Origin: Mobula hypostoma
Lineage: Eukaryota
Assembly (NCBI RefSeq): GCF_963921235.1
Contig: NC_086105.1
Span: 54,188,001-54,252,000, forward strand
Reading direction: 5' to 3'
DNA: 64,000 nt
A program made the position numbers and the translations under genes. Under the pieces are notes generated by a model that saw only the letters and a list, made by a program, of their open reading frames with translations, had not been told where the DNA came from and did not search any database. This document shows positions 11,524 through 24,630 of the stretch, piece after piece (the stretch's first letter is position 1; each line of letters starts with the position of its first letter).

Positions 11524-11554
11524 TCAAAAAGGATAGTCCTTGTGGTTAACACAC
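11524..11554 (-). CDS. akr1b1: AKR1B-like exon 10 (terminal coding part)
   Basis: Long pyrimidine tract, then tag|(W)CVNHKDYPF-TGA. Phase matches exon 9. The ten exons sum to 951 nt = 316 aa plus stop. Confidence 0.92.
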
Positions 11555-12254
11555 CTAAAAAGAAAAAAAAGTTAGAGATCCCACTTTAAAGGCAGGCATA
11601 TAAACACCTACACATGCCAAGATAACTTGCCTGCAATTTTATTAAGTTTTATACTTTAGCCATAAACATTATTCAGATTAGTGTTCTGCACAGACATTTA
11701 CTGCAACTCCATTGCCTCAGAACCAGGCACTACTGATAGCCAACTCCAGCACACTGCACACCCCACTGGCCAATGCCCCACCCTTCCTCCAACCAGACCC
11801 ACAAACTCCAAGGTAAAGCACATGTGCACTGTTCCAAATGATTGGTACTCTTGTATTTCAAATGTAATTAACAACCATTAACATGTACAGCATACTTTCA
11901 TAATTGCAATTCCTTTCTACAAAAAGCCATGTTAAAAGCTGATCTTTTGTGGATTTCAAGGTAACAGCTTAGAGTCCCATATTTCAATTTTTTTTAAAAT
12001 CAAAATTTTGCTACATTTCCAAGCATATTTTTAGTTAAATTTGGGTCAGAAGCATTTAAGGGACTGGAAGTGTACAAATTGGGCTTGATAAGGATATAAA
12101 AATACTCGGCAATTCAGTCAGAGACATTTTTCTCTACAATGAGCTTGTACTTCTGCACATTTTCCATTGATTTTACTTTTGGCTGAAAGGAAGATTGGTT
12201 GCCAAAGTGGCAGGTGAAAGGCAAAAATTATGAAATGGACAAGCAACTGCATGT

Positions 12255-14007
12255 CACAAGCAAGAGAAAGTCTGCAGATGGTGAAAACCTAAGCAACACA
12301 CAAAATGCTGGAGGAACTCAGCAGGCCAGCCAGCATCTACGGATAAAAATACAGTCAACGTTTTGGGCCAAACTCCTTCAGCAGGACTGGAGAGAAAAAA
12401 AAGCTGAGGAGTAGATTTGAAGGGGGGGGGGGGAAAGAGGGGAGAGAGAAACATCAGGCAATTGGTGAAACTTGGAGAGGGAGGGATGAAGCAAAGAGCT
12501 AGGAAGTTCATTGGTGAAAAAGACAGAAGGCCATGGGGGGGCGGGGGAAGGGAAGAGGCGCACCAGAGGGAGGCGATGCGCAAGTAAGAAGATAACATAT
12601 GAGGGCGGCAATGAAATGGGAAATGGTGAAGGAGGGGGTAGAGGCATTACTGGAAGTTTGAGAAATCTATGCTCATGCCATAAGGCTGGAGGCTACCCAA
12701 ATGGAATACAAGGCTCCTCCAACCCAAGTGTGGCCTTATCCTGACAGTGGAGGCAGCCATGGATGGAAATACTGGAATGGGAATTGGAAGTGGAATTAAA
12801 ACGGGTTGCTACTGGGAGATCCCGTTTGTTGTGGCAGACAGAGCATAGATGCTCAGTGAAGCGGTCTCCCAACCTACATCAGGTCTCACAGATGTACAAG
12901 AGGCCACACCAGGCATACGAAACACAGTATATAACCCCAACAGACTCACAGGTGAAGTGTCACCTCACTTGGAAGTATTGTTTAGTACCCTGAATGGTAG
13001 TGAGTAAGGTGGTGTAGGGGGCAGGTGAAGCACTTGTTCTGCTTGCAAGGTTAAGTGCCAGGAGAGAGATCAGTGGGGAGGGACGAATGGACAAGGGACA
13101 AAGGAATGCACAGGAAGCGATCCCTGCAGAAAGCAGGAAGTGGGGGTGGGAGGAGATGTGTTTGGTGATAGGATCCAGTTGGAGATGGGGGAGGTTTCAG
13201 AAAATTATGTGCTGGGCATGCAGGCTGGTGGGGTGGTATGTGAGGACAAGAGGAATGCTATCCCTGGTAGCGTGGCGTGAGGATGGGGTTAGAGCTGATG
13301 TGCGTGAAATGGAAGAGATGCGGTTGAGGTCAGCGTTGATGAAGGAAGGGATGCCTTTTTTTTTGGAAAAAGGACATACCCTTCATTTTAGAATGAAAAG
13401 CCACATCCTGAAAGATGTGGGGGAGATTGAGAGAAGGGGAATGGCGTTTTTACAAGTAGCAGGGTGGGGAGAGGTATGGTCCAGGTAGCTGTAAGAGTCT
13501 GTTGGTTTATAATAGATATCAGTGGATAAGCTGTCACTGTAGATAGAGAAAGGGAAGGGAAATGTCGGAGATTGACTAGGTGAATTTGAGGGCTGGGTAG
13601 AAGTTGGATGCCAAGTGCATGAAACCGACGAGTTCAGCACTGGTGCAGAAAGCAGCACAAATGCAGTCGTTAATGCAGCATAGGAAAAGGGCAGGACAGT
13701 CACCAGTCTAAGCTTGCAACATAGACTGTTCCATGTAGCCAACAGGCAACATAGCTGGGACACATGTGAGTGCCCATGGCTACCCTTTTTATTTGAAGGA
13801 AGTGGGAGGACCCAAAGGAGAAATTACTTAGAAGGAGAAGTTCCACTAGGCAGAGGTGAATCGTGGAGAGGAACTGGTTGGGTCTGATGTCCAGAAAGAA
13901 AAAAAGAGCTTTGAGGCCTTCCTGGTCGGGGATGGAGGTGTATAGGGACTGGACATACATAGTAAAAATATGATGGGGGCCAGGAAACCTGAAATCCTTG
14001 AAAAGAT
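12255..14007 (-). mobile_element. Penelope-like element in AKR intron 9
   Basis: RT motifs SLYTSIP, FLQIKRVAMGT and YYKPTDS; GIY-YIG remnant; pseudo-LTR. 15-bp TSD CAAGCAACTGCATGT at 12240-12254 and 14008-14022. Empty site in the paralog at ~63735. Confidence 0.9.
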
Positions 14008-14719
14008 CAAGCAACTGCATGTTATTATCAGATTAAATCCACAAGGCTCAATCAGAATCAGGAAAATTGCAGTTTGAATTCAAAAGACAAATCAGATACA
14101 GAAAGGCCAAAACGTACAAGAATTTGGTATCAGAAGTTATATGGTGATGCTAGAGGTATTTACACTTGAATAAGCAGCTTCAATGTAGTTGAAAATGTAA
14201 TTTGTACACAATTTAGTACAAATCTTCCAGCAAGAAGCTATTATTGGACAGAAGGAGGAAACAAGCTTTTGACAACACTTCCTTTGTTTTCATCCTAAAA
14301 TTGCAAATATCAATAACTTAGGAAACAGAAGTTTCTCCCTTTGAAGATTTGAAACCTCAAAAGCGATACTCACTGCTCTAAAAGCCCCATTTTAGTTAAA
14401 TGACAGCTTTTTCAACTTATGGAGGCAAAATTGGACAGGACAATTTGGCATCAGGAGAGTCAAGGTCACCCACATTAATAAAGAATGGCTTAACCAAAGC
14501 TCCATTGAAATATTCCCTTAGTTCCAACTCCGCTACTGGGCAAATAGAAGCTATGCTCTCTTTCTTTGGACGTCTGCAATCTACCCTTGCTTGGACATTA
14601 ATTAACCTTTGCCGTGCTACCTCTTCCATAGTGACCATCACTTTGCTTCAAAGAGGATCAGGGTCTCCTTTATCCCCATTTCTGACATTTACCAGGAGCG
14701 CTGCCGACAAAGGACCCTA

Positions 14720-15052
14720 AAGCATTGAGGATCCATCCCTACCACCCATCCAACAATTTCTGACTCAGTACCAACTGGAAGAGGAACAGAAGCATCAGGA
14801 CTAGGACTGCCAGACTGGGTAACAGTTTCTTCCATCAGGCTGAGTCTAATGAATACTCTGCCACCACCGAGGTGGCGTCACTCATACTTTTGCTGCACTT
14901 CACTACCTGCATTTGAATTATATTTTAAACTTATTTATAGTACAATATTTTGGTTTGTGCTGTGTGTTACACGTGTGGGTGCCCTGCGGTCCCAAGGAAC
15001 ATTGTTTCATTTGGTTGTACATATATAGTCAGATGACCATCAATTTGAACTT
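14720..15052 (+). mobile_element. Rex1-like 3' end fragment
   Basis: Degenerate DP.HP...GR..RSIRTRTARLGNSFF C-terminus plus tail. Confidence 0.55.
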
Positions 15053-16420
15053 GTTTTCTTCATCCCACCCTCTCATTGGTGAGGCCCTGGGTGGCTGAGC
15101 TGGAGATGGTCTTGATTCATTCATTCCTAGGATACATTGTTGGCAATAATGACATTTAATGTCATTCCTCAAATGGCCTAAACTAAGTCAAGTTGGTCAG
15201 TTCAGAGTCACTTTTTGGCCACGGTGCAATGTTCTCTCCAAAGAGCATTATGGAACTAAGGTTTAAGCTTGGCAACTATTGAGAGCTGAAACTGGAGAAC
15301 CTCTTCAAAATTATGAAAATATACGAAGTATACTTAAAGAACTAAGGAAGACCTGAGAGAAAGAGCATCATATGGGGAAAATTGAAGAAAAATATTTAAA
15401 AACTAAAGGCAAGAGGATAATCAGGGAAGAATAGGGACAAGATAGGTTTGGAGTCAGAAAATATAGGTGATGTTTCAGTTAATACAGATAAGTAATCTAG
15501 GTAGAGATGGGCATTGTGGTTGGAGAATGCAAGGAGGTATATCTTGGTGGAATTAAAGGTGGCTAAATCTTTAGGGCTTGACAGAATGTATCCCAGGCTG
15601 CTGAGGGGGCAAAAAGGAAATCTTCCTTCATTCAAGATCAGCAAGACTAAGCTAAGCAATTACAGACTGGCAAATTTGGTATCAAGTGCACTTCAGATAG
15701 AGCCATTACCTTCTAAACACCTTCCTGTACTTTGACATCTAGCCAAGCAAAAATCCCCAATATCCACAACACCAGCTGGAGTGTCAACTTAGATAAATGA
15801 TGTGTGTTTTCACAACTAATTATGCAATCACGAGACTTGTGGGACCTAAACTTCTGCAATTTTCACTGATCAACAGCCTTTCCTCTCTACAGTCCAGAGG
15901 CCCAGAACTTGACTGGACCAAGAACATTAGAAGGTATAGCTGCAAATATAGGTCAGAAGCTGGATAGCCTCTAACAGAGTAACATCTTGTAACTCAATAT
16001 CTTTCCAGGTTACAAGCCAATTTATGGATGCTACAGAACTTTCTCTATTTACATCACAAGACCAATAGGCTGGTCCTGGACTTATTTCCATCCAGCATAG
16101 TTTACATTTTGTTGTTTGATTATTTGTGGGTTTTGTATTGCTATATTTATGCTCTATTTTTGGTTGGTGCAGCTGTAACGAAACCCAATTTCCCTCTGGA
16201 TCAATAAAGTATATCTATCTATCGATATGGAAGCAGAATTGGGCCATTTGGCCCATCTAGTCTGCTGCACCATTTCAACAAGGCCGATCCATTTCCCTCA
16301 GCCTTCACCCTATATCTTTTCATGTCTTGACTAATCAAGAATTCATCTACCTCTGCCATAAATATACCCAATGACTTGGCCTCCACAAACACCTGTAGCA
16401 AAACATTCCATAGATTCACT

Positions 16421-17655
16421 GTTTTTTTTTGAGGATGTAACTATGAAAATGGACAAGGGAGAGCCAATGGATGTAGTGTACCTGGACTTTCAGAAAGCCT
16501 TTGATAAAGTCCCACATAGGAGATTAGTGGGCAAAATTAGGGCACATGGTATTGGGGGCAGAGTACTGACATGGATTGAAAATTGGCTGGTTGACAGAAA
16601 ACAGAGTAGCGATTAACAGGTCCCTTTTGGAATGGCAGGCGGTGACCAGTGGGGTACCGCAGGGTTCAGTGCTGGGACCGCAGCTGTTTACAATATATAT
16701 TAATGATTTAGATGAGGGAATTAAAAATAACATTAGCAAATCTACCGATGACACAAAGCTGGAAGGCAGTGTGAAATGTGAGGAGGATGTTATGAGAATG
16801 CAGGGTGATTTGGACAGGCTGGGTGAGTGGGCAGATGCATGGCGGATGCAGTTTAATGTGGATAAATATGAGGTTATCCACTTTGGTGGTAAGAACGGGA
16901 AGGCAGATTATCTAAATGGAGTCAAGTTAGGAAAAGGGGAAGCACAACGAAATCTAGGTGTTCTTGTACATCAGTCACTGAAAGCAAGCATGCAAGTACA
17001 GCAGGCAGTGAAAAAAGCTAATGGCATGCTGGCCTTCATAACAAGGGGAATTGAGTATAAGAGCAAAGAGGTCCTTCTGCAGCTGTACAGGGCCCTGGTG
17101 AGACCACACCTGGAGTATTGTGTGCAGTTCTGGTCTCCAAATTTGAAGAAGGACATTCTTGCTATTGAGGGAGTGCAGCGTAGGTTCACAAGGTTAATTC
17201 CCGGGATGGCGGGACTGTCATATGTCGAACAATTGGAGCGACTGGGCTTGTATACTCTGGAATTTAGAAGGCTGAGAGGGGATCTTATTGAAACATAATA
17301 CTAAGGGATTGGATACGCTGCAGGCAGGAAGCATGTTCCCGCCGATGGGCGAGTCCAGAATCAGAGGCCACAGTTTAAGAATTAGGGGTAGGCCATTTAG
17401 AACGGAGTTGAGGAAAAACTTTTTCACCCATAGAGTGGTGGATATATGGAATGCTCTGCCCCAGAAGACTGTGGAGGCCAAGTCTCTGGATGCTTTCAAG
17501 AAAGAGATGGATAGAGCTCTTAAAGATAGTGGAATCAAAGGTTATGGGGATAAGGCAGGAATTGGATACTGATAATGGATGATCAGCCATGATCACAGTG
17601 AATGGCAGTGCTGGCTCAAAGGGCCGAATGGCCTACTCCTGCACCTATTGTCTAT
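16421..17655 (+). mobile_element. CR1 LINE (RT and 3' end) nested in an opposite-strand CR1 (16218-16420 and 17656-17990)
   Basis: VYLDFQKAFDKVPH, SGVPQGSVLGP and VRPHLEYCVQFWSP. Short flanking repeat attcac. The host CR1 continues on both sides. Confidence 0.9.
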
Positions 17656-20143
17656 TCACCACTACCCGACTAAAGAAATTCCTCATCTGTTCTAAATGGA
17701 CATCCCTATATTCAGAGGCCGTGTCGTCTGGTCTTAGACTCTACCATAGGAAACATCTTCTCCACATCCACTCTATCAAGGCCTTTCCACATTCATTAGG
17801 TTTTAGTGAGATCATGATTGTTCTGAATTCGAGTACAGGCCCACAGCCAAACACTCGAGCCTTTCAATCCTCAGATCATTTTTTGTGAATATCCTTTGAA
17901 CATAGGGCCCAAAACTGCTTGCAATACTCCAAATGAGGCTCACCAATGTCTTATAAAGTCTCAATAGTACATCCTTGCTTTTATATTCCATTTGCCTGAA
18001 TTATGAGCTCAGGTGCACATTCATGATTATTAGGAACAAAAATTACTCATCTTAACTAAACCCCTTTGTTAACAGCTCCTATCAATTGATGCTATGCAAA
18101 TTAACTAGACCCATTGAATGCACTAAGGTTTACTTATCAGGACCTTTCAAACAGGTAACTTCAGTAATCTAGGTAAACTTTGACAACACACGTGCCCATC
18201 ATCTGCGAACTCCCTTCCACAACTACCATCTTATCCTGGAGACATCACTTTCAGTTAAGTGTCAAAATCATGCAACTTCTCAAGTGCATTGTGGAGTTCG
18301 TAGTGGTTCAAGAACCACCTTCTCAGGACAATTACATACAATAAATGATAGCAACATCCACAATAAATCAGTAACTGTTCAGAAAGATCATGACTGCTAG
18401 TTTACAATTTACAGTGTCTGGGATTATGATCTCAGAGTTTTGTAGACTGCACATCAATTACAGGATTAAGATGGTGGTACTAGAACCACATTGGACAGAA
18501 GTGCTGGAAATAGTTAACAGTTGACGCACCATTCTTTCATTCATGAAATACGTGTTGCAGGAGATGCCAGCTTTTCTGTCCCTTTTATGTAATTATTCTT
18601 AAGGTGCGAGCTTAAAACAAATCACATGAAGATTATTCAACAGTGGGAATAATCACATTTGTTTGTTTTTATTCTTACCTTGCCAGTCATGACAGGAGTT
18701 CTTAATCCTATATGGAAGATCAACTCCTTTTTAAAATATGATTATGTTTTGGATGATATGGCTGAGGAACTCAAACAGAAGCAGTTTCCACATCCACATG
18801 AATTTTGGCAGATAATGGAAAGGTTGAGATGGTAGAGAATGGAACTGAATCAAAGTACTGGTGAGCACAATTTCCGTCCAGCTAATTACTGAGCTCTGAG
18901 TCAAACTTAATCCTAAATTTCCAACATTATTCTCACCAAAATAAACACTGTACACAAACTACATTTGATCAAGATTAGATTTAAGCAGCTTACACATTTA
19001 ACCTCAAACATCACCTGAAACTGCTTACATTTCAGTTAATCTGCTCTAACCTTCATCTAGGCACAAATCATATACAACCTTTACTGTTATAATAGTTTCA
19101 TCTCTTCCAGTCATTTCATCTTGCTTGAATTTAAGGTTATCTAAATGACAATAAAAGAGGACTGCGTGTCCTCAAAATCTAATCTAACAATGTGCATATT
19201 TTTCCTTGAGTTCCTTTCACCTGCTACCAAATTTCACTAGCTTCAGTGTCTTGCTCAGCGTTACTTCAAACCCATGACATCTTTGTCTTAAAAGAAACCT
19301 CAAATGTGGAGAGTGAACATGCAGAAGTATCAAATTGTTCGAAGCACTCAGAACAGGTTGAATAATGCTGGATTGTTTGTTTTCTGTAATATTATAACAA
19401 CTTCATTCATTTAGAAAAATGGGAAGCTTTCCTATACTATTCTAGTTCATCACTTAAGAAATAGTTAAGCAAAGTAACAGTCTGGTAACTCAAGACAGAA
19501 CACATTGCCTGTTCAATTATTCAAAATGGAATTGCAGCATACTCACAAGTGGAATAGTCAAAGTCATGCAACAACCGTTTGAAAATCTATTATGCACATC
19601 AGAAGTTCTAGACGTTCATTGGTCAAAGCTTTCCATGAGAACAGCAAGATGTGAAAAGTAGCTTTCAAAAATAGAGCCAAAAAGCAGGTATTAAAAATCT
19701 CTAATTTATGAACCAAAATAAAAACTAAGGAAAAATGAGAATGTGGAAAAACATCAGTACAGAGAAGATTCAAGGTCGAGGAACATAAGCGGAATTCGCA
19801 GGTAGATTTTAAGGACCGATATTACCCAGTCAGCCTGGCACCAGTAAAGGACTCTTGGCCAAAGTAATGCAAACACTTCTCTTTTATTTCTTCATGTAAT
19901 GTGCTACTGGGGACAAATCAGCTTTTATTAACAGGCTTTCAAAATAGATTAGTTCAGGCAGGCAGATCAGAGTCAAGCACACTTATTTGAGTCTAGGCTC
20001 AGAACAGCAAATTTCCATCTCTTAGATCTAGATGGCTTGACCACCATAAGAAAAAAAAATAGCAGAAGTGGTAATGTTTGAAAAACAATGCTCAGCTTTC
20101 GCTTCTGCTACACAGCCTGAATGGACACATGCACACAACTCAC

Positions 20144-20226
20144 CATTCCAATGGACAGCATCGCCAATTCCTGTTGAATGAAAGAATACTCTTCATTTCC
20201 TCATCACTCAACTGAAAATCAAACAC
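20144..20226 (-). CDS. akr1b1: AKR1B-like exon 9
   Basis: tgcag|[27 protein letters not shown](W)|gtgagt. 83 nt. Confidence 0.95.
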
Positions 20227-20589
20227 CTGCAACAGCAGAAACACATTTAGATTGTGAAATTAAAACAGTGAAAGATTGGTGAAATGACATATATGACATG
20301 TAGAAATAATCTTTCCATGAGCTTTTCAGCTGGGATTTAACAAGGGGCTGAAAAGTAACTATAGCATTTGACCTTTCAAAGACAAATCAGAAGCCTCAAG
20401 CTAACTATCATAAATTTAGTTTCTTCCCCCAACCCACCCCTAAAAAAAAAGCACTAATACAGATCTAAATTAAGTATGAGCTGGTGCAATGCATCATCTT
20501 TTGATCTCCTCTTCCTACCCCCTCTTACAACCTTGGCTCAGGAAGTAACACAAAGGAGTTGGGCCACGACAGGAAAACAGAAGATTTTT

Positions 20590-23500
20590 GTTAAGGTAAG
20601 GGAAGAAGGGTGATGTGTGATGTGGCTGCAGAATGGGAGAGAGGGAGAGGGAGTGGCCTCATTTTAAAAGCAGTCCCCAGCTGGTGCTGGCAATGGAAGG
20701 CTAATTGCAGGCATCCCAGAGAACTGCAACACAGGTTAAAAAGGAAACACAGGCCAGGAAAAGTACAGGACATAACCTCATCCTTAATAAGTTTGCTCTG
20801 GTGCAATTTAAAGCTACCCCAGTAGCAGGGATATGATGTAGAGGAGCAACAGGGATCTTCTGATTAAGCTTACCAACAACCTGACACACCTGGCATGACT
20901 TACGGTACTGTGCTACATCAGGCCTCACACCAGGCCAGAAGAAATGCCCAAGTGCACAAGGGCTTTCCTAGTGCCCAAATAATCAGCGAGGTTATTATTG
21001 TGAGCCAAATGCACTATGTCCGATCGGTAAACATCAGGGCACTACTCAAATTGTCCTGAACGGACACTTTTGGAGTCCTCTTTCTCACTATCACCCCATT
21101 GCTAATAACCACAACAAGGCCTCTAAATTGTCTCCTCTGAGACCACCTCTTCAGAGGAGACAGAAGGGTCTTTTTCTGTTCAAGTACTAGCTGTTCACAA
21201 GAGGAAACTCGTGGCCAAACCCTGTTAGATCTACATCACCTTAGCCATCAAAGTGTCACAGAGGGCAATATAGGGAGATTGTCAGAGCTCTTGCCTTTGC
21301 TTTGATCTTTCTTAGACATTGCAATGAGTAGTAACACAAACAAGAAAGGTATTGGGATAGTCAGCTCAAGCTGATCTGCACCACAGGATTAGAGGTTACT
21401 TCCGGAGTAGGGAGCACTACTACCCATCAAGTTGTTCCCTAGAATGAAAGACATGCCTTCAATTGGTATCTGGCAACAAAGGGCAACAACTTCACCAGAA
21501 ACTGAACCTGAGTGGAGACAAAAGTTATGCAAAGACATGGATAAAAAACCTGTACCAAACTCTTTCACAAGTGTCTCTGAACCCAAAGCAGACTCAATGT
21601 CAAAACATCGTGGAGAATCACACTGAAAAGCTCTGTTCCTCCAGATCTTAATGGGTTGCTTTGACTCAAGATCAGAGGCAGGAGAAATGAAACATCCATT
21701 AGGAAGAGCCAGCCAGCCAACCAATATTCCTTGCTTGAGATGTCACCAAATGAAGACAGGAATTTGTTACAGTTTTCTCAAAAGTTACAGGCTTCACAGA
21801 TTTCTGATTTTTATTAAGCACTGAGCATTCAGTAATTAGATGACCAGGCTTGTTGCAGTAGAAACACAGTGGAATGTAGCTTTCTCAGATGTAAAATTCT
21901 TAGCCAAGGGTGAGGTGGGGTACTGGTTTTAAAGATGGTATTTGATAGGATAGGCCTTTTTCCCCAGCATGCTGCTTACAGATAACACCGACTTTGTGGG
22001 TCAAGACATACTCATCTTCCAATACGGCAGCTTGCTCAAGGGGTGATGCCTTCTGCTCATTTAAACAGACAGATAGAACATCAGGCAGACAGGCGCTTAA
22101 ACTCCTCAAGCATGGTGAGCTGACCAAGCCGTTCTTTAGCTCAAGTAGAAATTAAACACCACTGGTCAAACAGACTCTCTCCCCTCCCCACCCGGAGAAA
22201 CTCAACACGTTTTCCTGTCAAGCTTGCTATAGCTAATAAAGTGTTGCCGATAAGACTCAAGAACTAATTCATAAGATTTCAAGATAGCCACTTTGACCCC
22301 ATCATAATCTGAGCTCTTTTCAGTGCTTGGAGCAGAGTAGGCTTCCGTGGCTTTACCCACGTTTAGGCTACTTTGAAGTGGTAGTCACACATTCAAAATG
22401 AGAGAAGTACTTCGGCATCCTTCTCTGCAAATGGTGGAACTTACTTACAATGGCTACCTACATCAAATACAGAAGGATTAATCTAGGAGACTTCTTAAAC
22501 TACAATTCCATAAGGAAACATTCATGTTCTAAATGCATTTGGTGTTCCTTGTGCCTGTCCACTAATTGTTTTTCTTGCAGCACTATCTATCTCGTTTAGC
22601 CGCAACTCAATGACAGCCTCTGACAAAGGAATAGGTTTGGGCATCCGGGGGGTGGGAAGCTAACTTCAAGAACCCCAGTGTCTATCAACACTTACCTGAT
22701 GACAACTTTTACACTCCTTTCAACCATTTTCAGTGTTAGTAAGCTCAATTTTGTAATCAGAGGCCAGCTGCAAAAGTTGATCTTCTGTAAACTGCTTAAG
22801 CAGCTCCTGAGAAGGAGCTTTAATGAACTCTTCAACAGATGCCATATTTAAAAGTTTCCCTACACTGAAGCACTGACAAGGTATAGAAATAAGCACAACT
22901 TACAATTGGGCCGTTTATTACAAAGCAACACTGTGTACACGACACACACGAGGGCCCAGTACAGCACATAGCTACCTAGATATGACATGTGGTAAATTTT
23001 GCTCTAGAAAATAGCCATTAAGACCATAATTACAAAATTAAAACTAGATGTTACCTCTCAAATACCAGAATAGCATAGAATGGATTACCTACCCCAGACA
23101 AGCATAATTCTTCAATGGAGACTACCAGTCATCCTAATTAACAAAACTCAGGATAGTAGTTTACAAACAAGTTCAAAGGTAGAACTTCACAGAAGCCAAT
23201 TATGGATCCACCACAAAAGTACCTAAAATTTAGTCACTTTAACTCTCCCAACTTAACCTATTCACTTAAGCTTTCTCTCATTCTCCCCTCCCCATCCCAC
23301 ACACACCAAAATGAGAATGGCGATTGAGTGCTAATCTAAACACACAAAAAAGTGCAGATCTAAGAATCAAATGAACAACCCTACTTATCTTCTGAGGGGT
23401 ACTGGACAAGAGATGACTTTAAAAGCAAAAATTCAGGAAGCATAGGCCATCAGCCTATGGTCATGCAGTTAAGAAATGCTCATCTTATCAGATAATGTCT

Positions 23501-23790
23501 CTACCTAGGAACACCTTGAAAACAATGGAGTGACCCATAGGAAAAACTGATTTACTCAGTTCAGCTGGAATACATTCCCTCTCTAACCAGCATACTCGTG
23601 CACTAGCTAACTTAACAGCACTCAAGCAACCACACTCACCCAGCAGTTATACCAAAAGGAAGAAAAATGGCAAAACAGCAGCACACCACAAGTCGTCCCC
23701 AGCAATGGAAGGGTAATTGCAGGTGTTCCAGGGAACGGCAACACAAGTTAAAGAGGAAACAGGCCAGGAAGTGTACAGGACACAACACCT
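20590..23790 (-). mobile_element. Old, frameshifted Gmr1-like LTR retrotransposon relic in AKR intron 8
   Basis: Gag start MASVEEFIKAPSQELL (ATG 22845) is homologous to the young element. Also EQAAVLEDEYVLTHK, knuckle CFYCNKPGHLITEC (~21830-21866), PIKIWR, FILGNNL, and integrase zinc finger HFFWPG..DVAQYRKSCQVCQVVGK. Flanked by ~100-bp direct repeats (~20673-20780 and ~23695-23792). Confidence 0.85.
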
Positions 23791-23804
23791 CAAATCTTAC
23801 TTAC

Positions 23805-23888
23805 CTGCAAGTTTTTCTTAATTCGCTCTGGAGTGACAGACTTTGGAATTACAACCAGCCTTCTTTGAATCTGGAACCGGATCAAAAC
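23805..23888 (-). CDS. akr1b1: AKR1B-like exon 8
   Basis: ttcag|[28 protein letters not shown]|gtaagt. 84 nt. IPKS NADPH-binding motif. Confidence 0.96.
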
Positions 23889-24630
23889 CTGAAACCAAAT
23901 CCACTATAGTTAGAGCCAATAGCCTGCTGTAGAATATTAATGACGATTGCAGATTTGCTGCTTCAATATAGGGTGGGTTCCATAGGCCAAATGTTTTGGA
24001 ATGCCGACTATGTGATTTTCCAAAGTGAGATTCCAAGTGAGGAAGTGACTTTGATTTCTTATATTAAAAGGAAACTACCCAGGTCACAGAAGAGGCTGCT
24101 GAACTTTAATGTTGGAAATGCCTTTTAACACGAGGGCCTGTACACAGGAACTCCAAACTTGTCATTCAGCCCCAAAATTCCTTCAAATTGTAGGACACTA
24201 CAATTTAACAAATCAGGAACAACGAAAGCAGTGTTAACTTAAAAAGTGGGACATCCATCCATTGGGCAGAAAGCAGCTTTAGTCAAGGTCCTAAGCACAT
24301 TGCTGACAACAAATCGGACAGAACCTACCCCTTTCTGGCTCAGACCACCAGAAGTGCCAAGCACAGCACTAAAACTGGTAGTTTCTGTAAAAAAAAAAGT
24401 TACATGCTAAATTAAAGAACAGATTTCCACCCTTCCAAACTTTTTACACTAATAGGTAAGGTACTGGAAGGAGAATAAACATTCACCCAATGTATCCAAC
24501 CAATTATGGAACTCTTCTTCAGTGAACTAACCAGAATCAGATTTGAGTTACAGCTTTTATAGATGAATAATCAAAATATTAAAGAAAATCAAGTATCAGT
24601 TCTTCGGAAGTTACATTAAAAAGATTCAAA

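Noticed and set aside
11425-11526. Selenocysteine or programmed readthrough at the AKR TGA
   Set aside because: The TGA-G context is unfavourable, the downstream frames differ in length between paralogs, and I could not identify a SECIS.
14417-14641. 74-aa ORF MMVTMEEV...
   Set aside because: No splice signals or clear family motif. It may be an old LINE scrap but cannot be supported.
18675-19600. Strong minus-strand donor-like sites (~18678, ~19545) in intron 9 as extra exons
   Set aside because: There is no AKR-like or otherwise coherent reading frame upstream, and exons 9 and 10 already join in phase.
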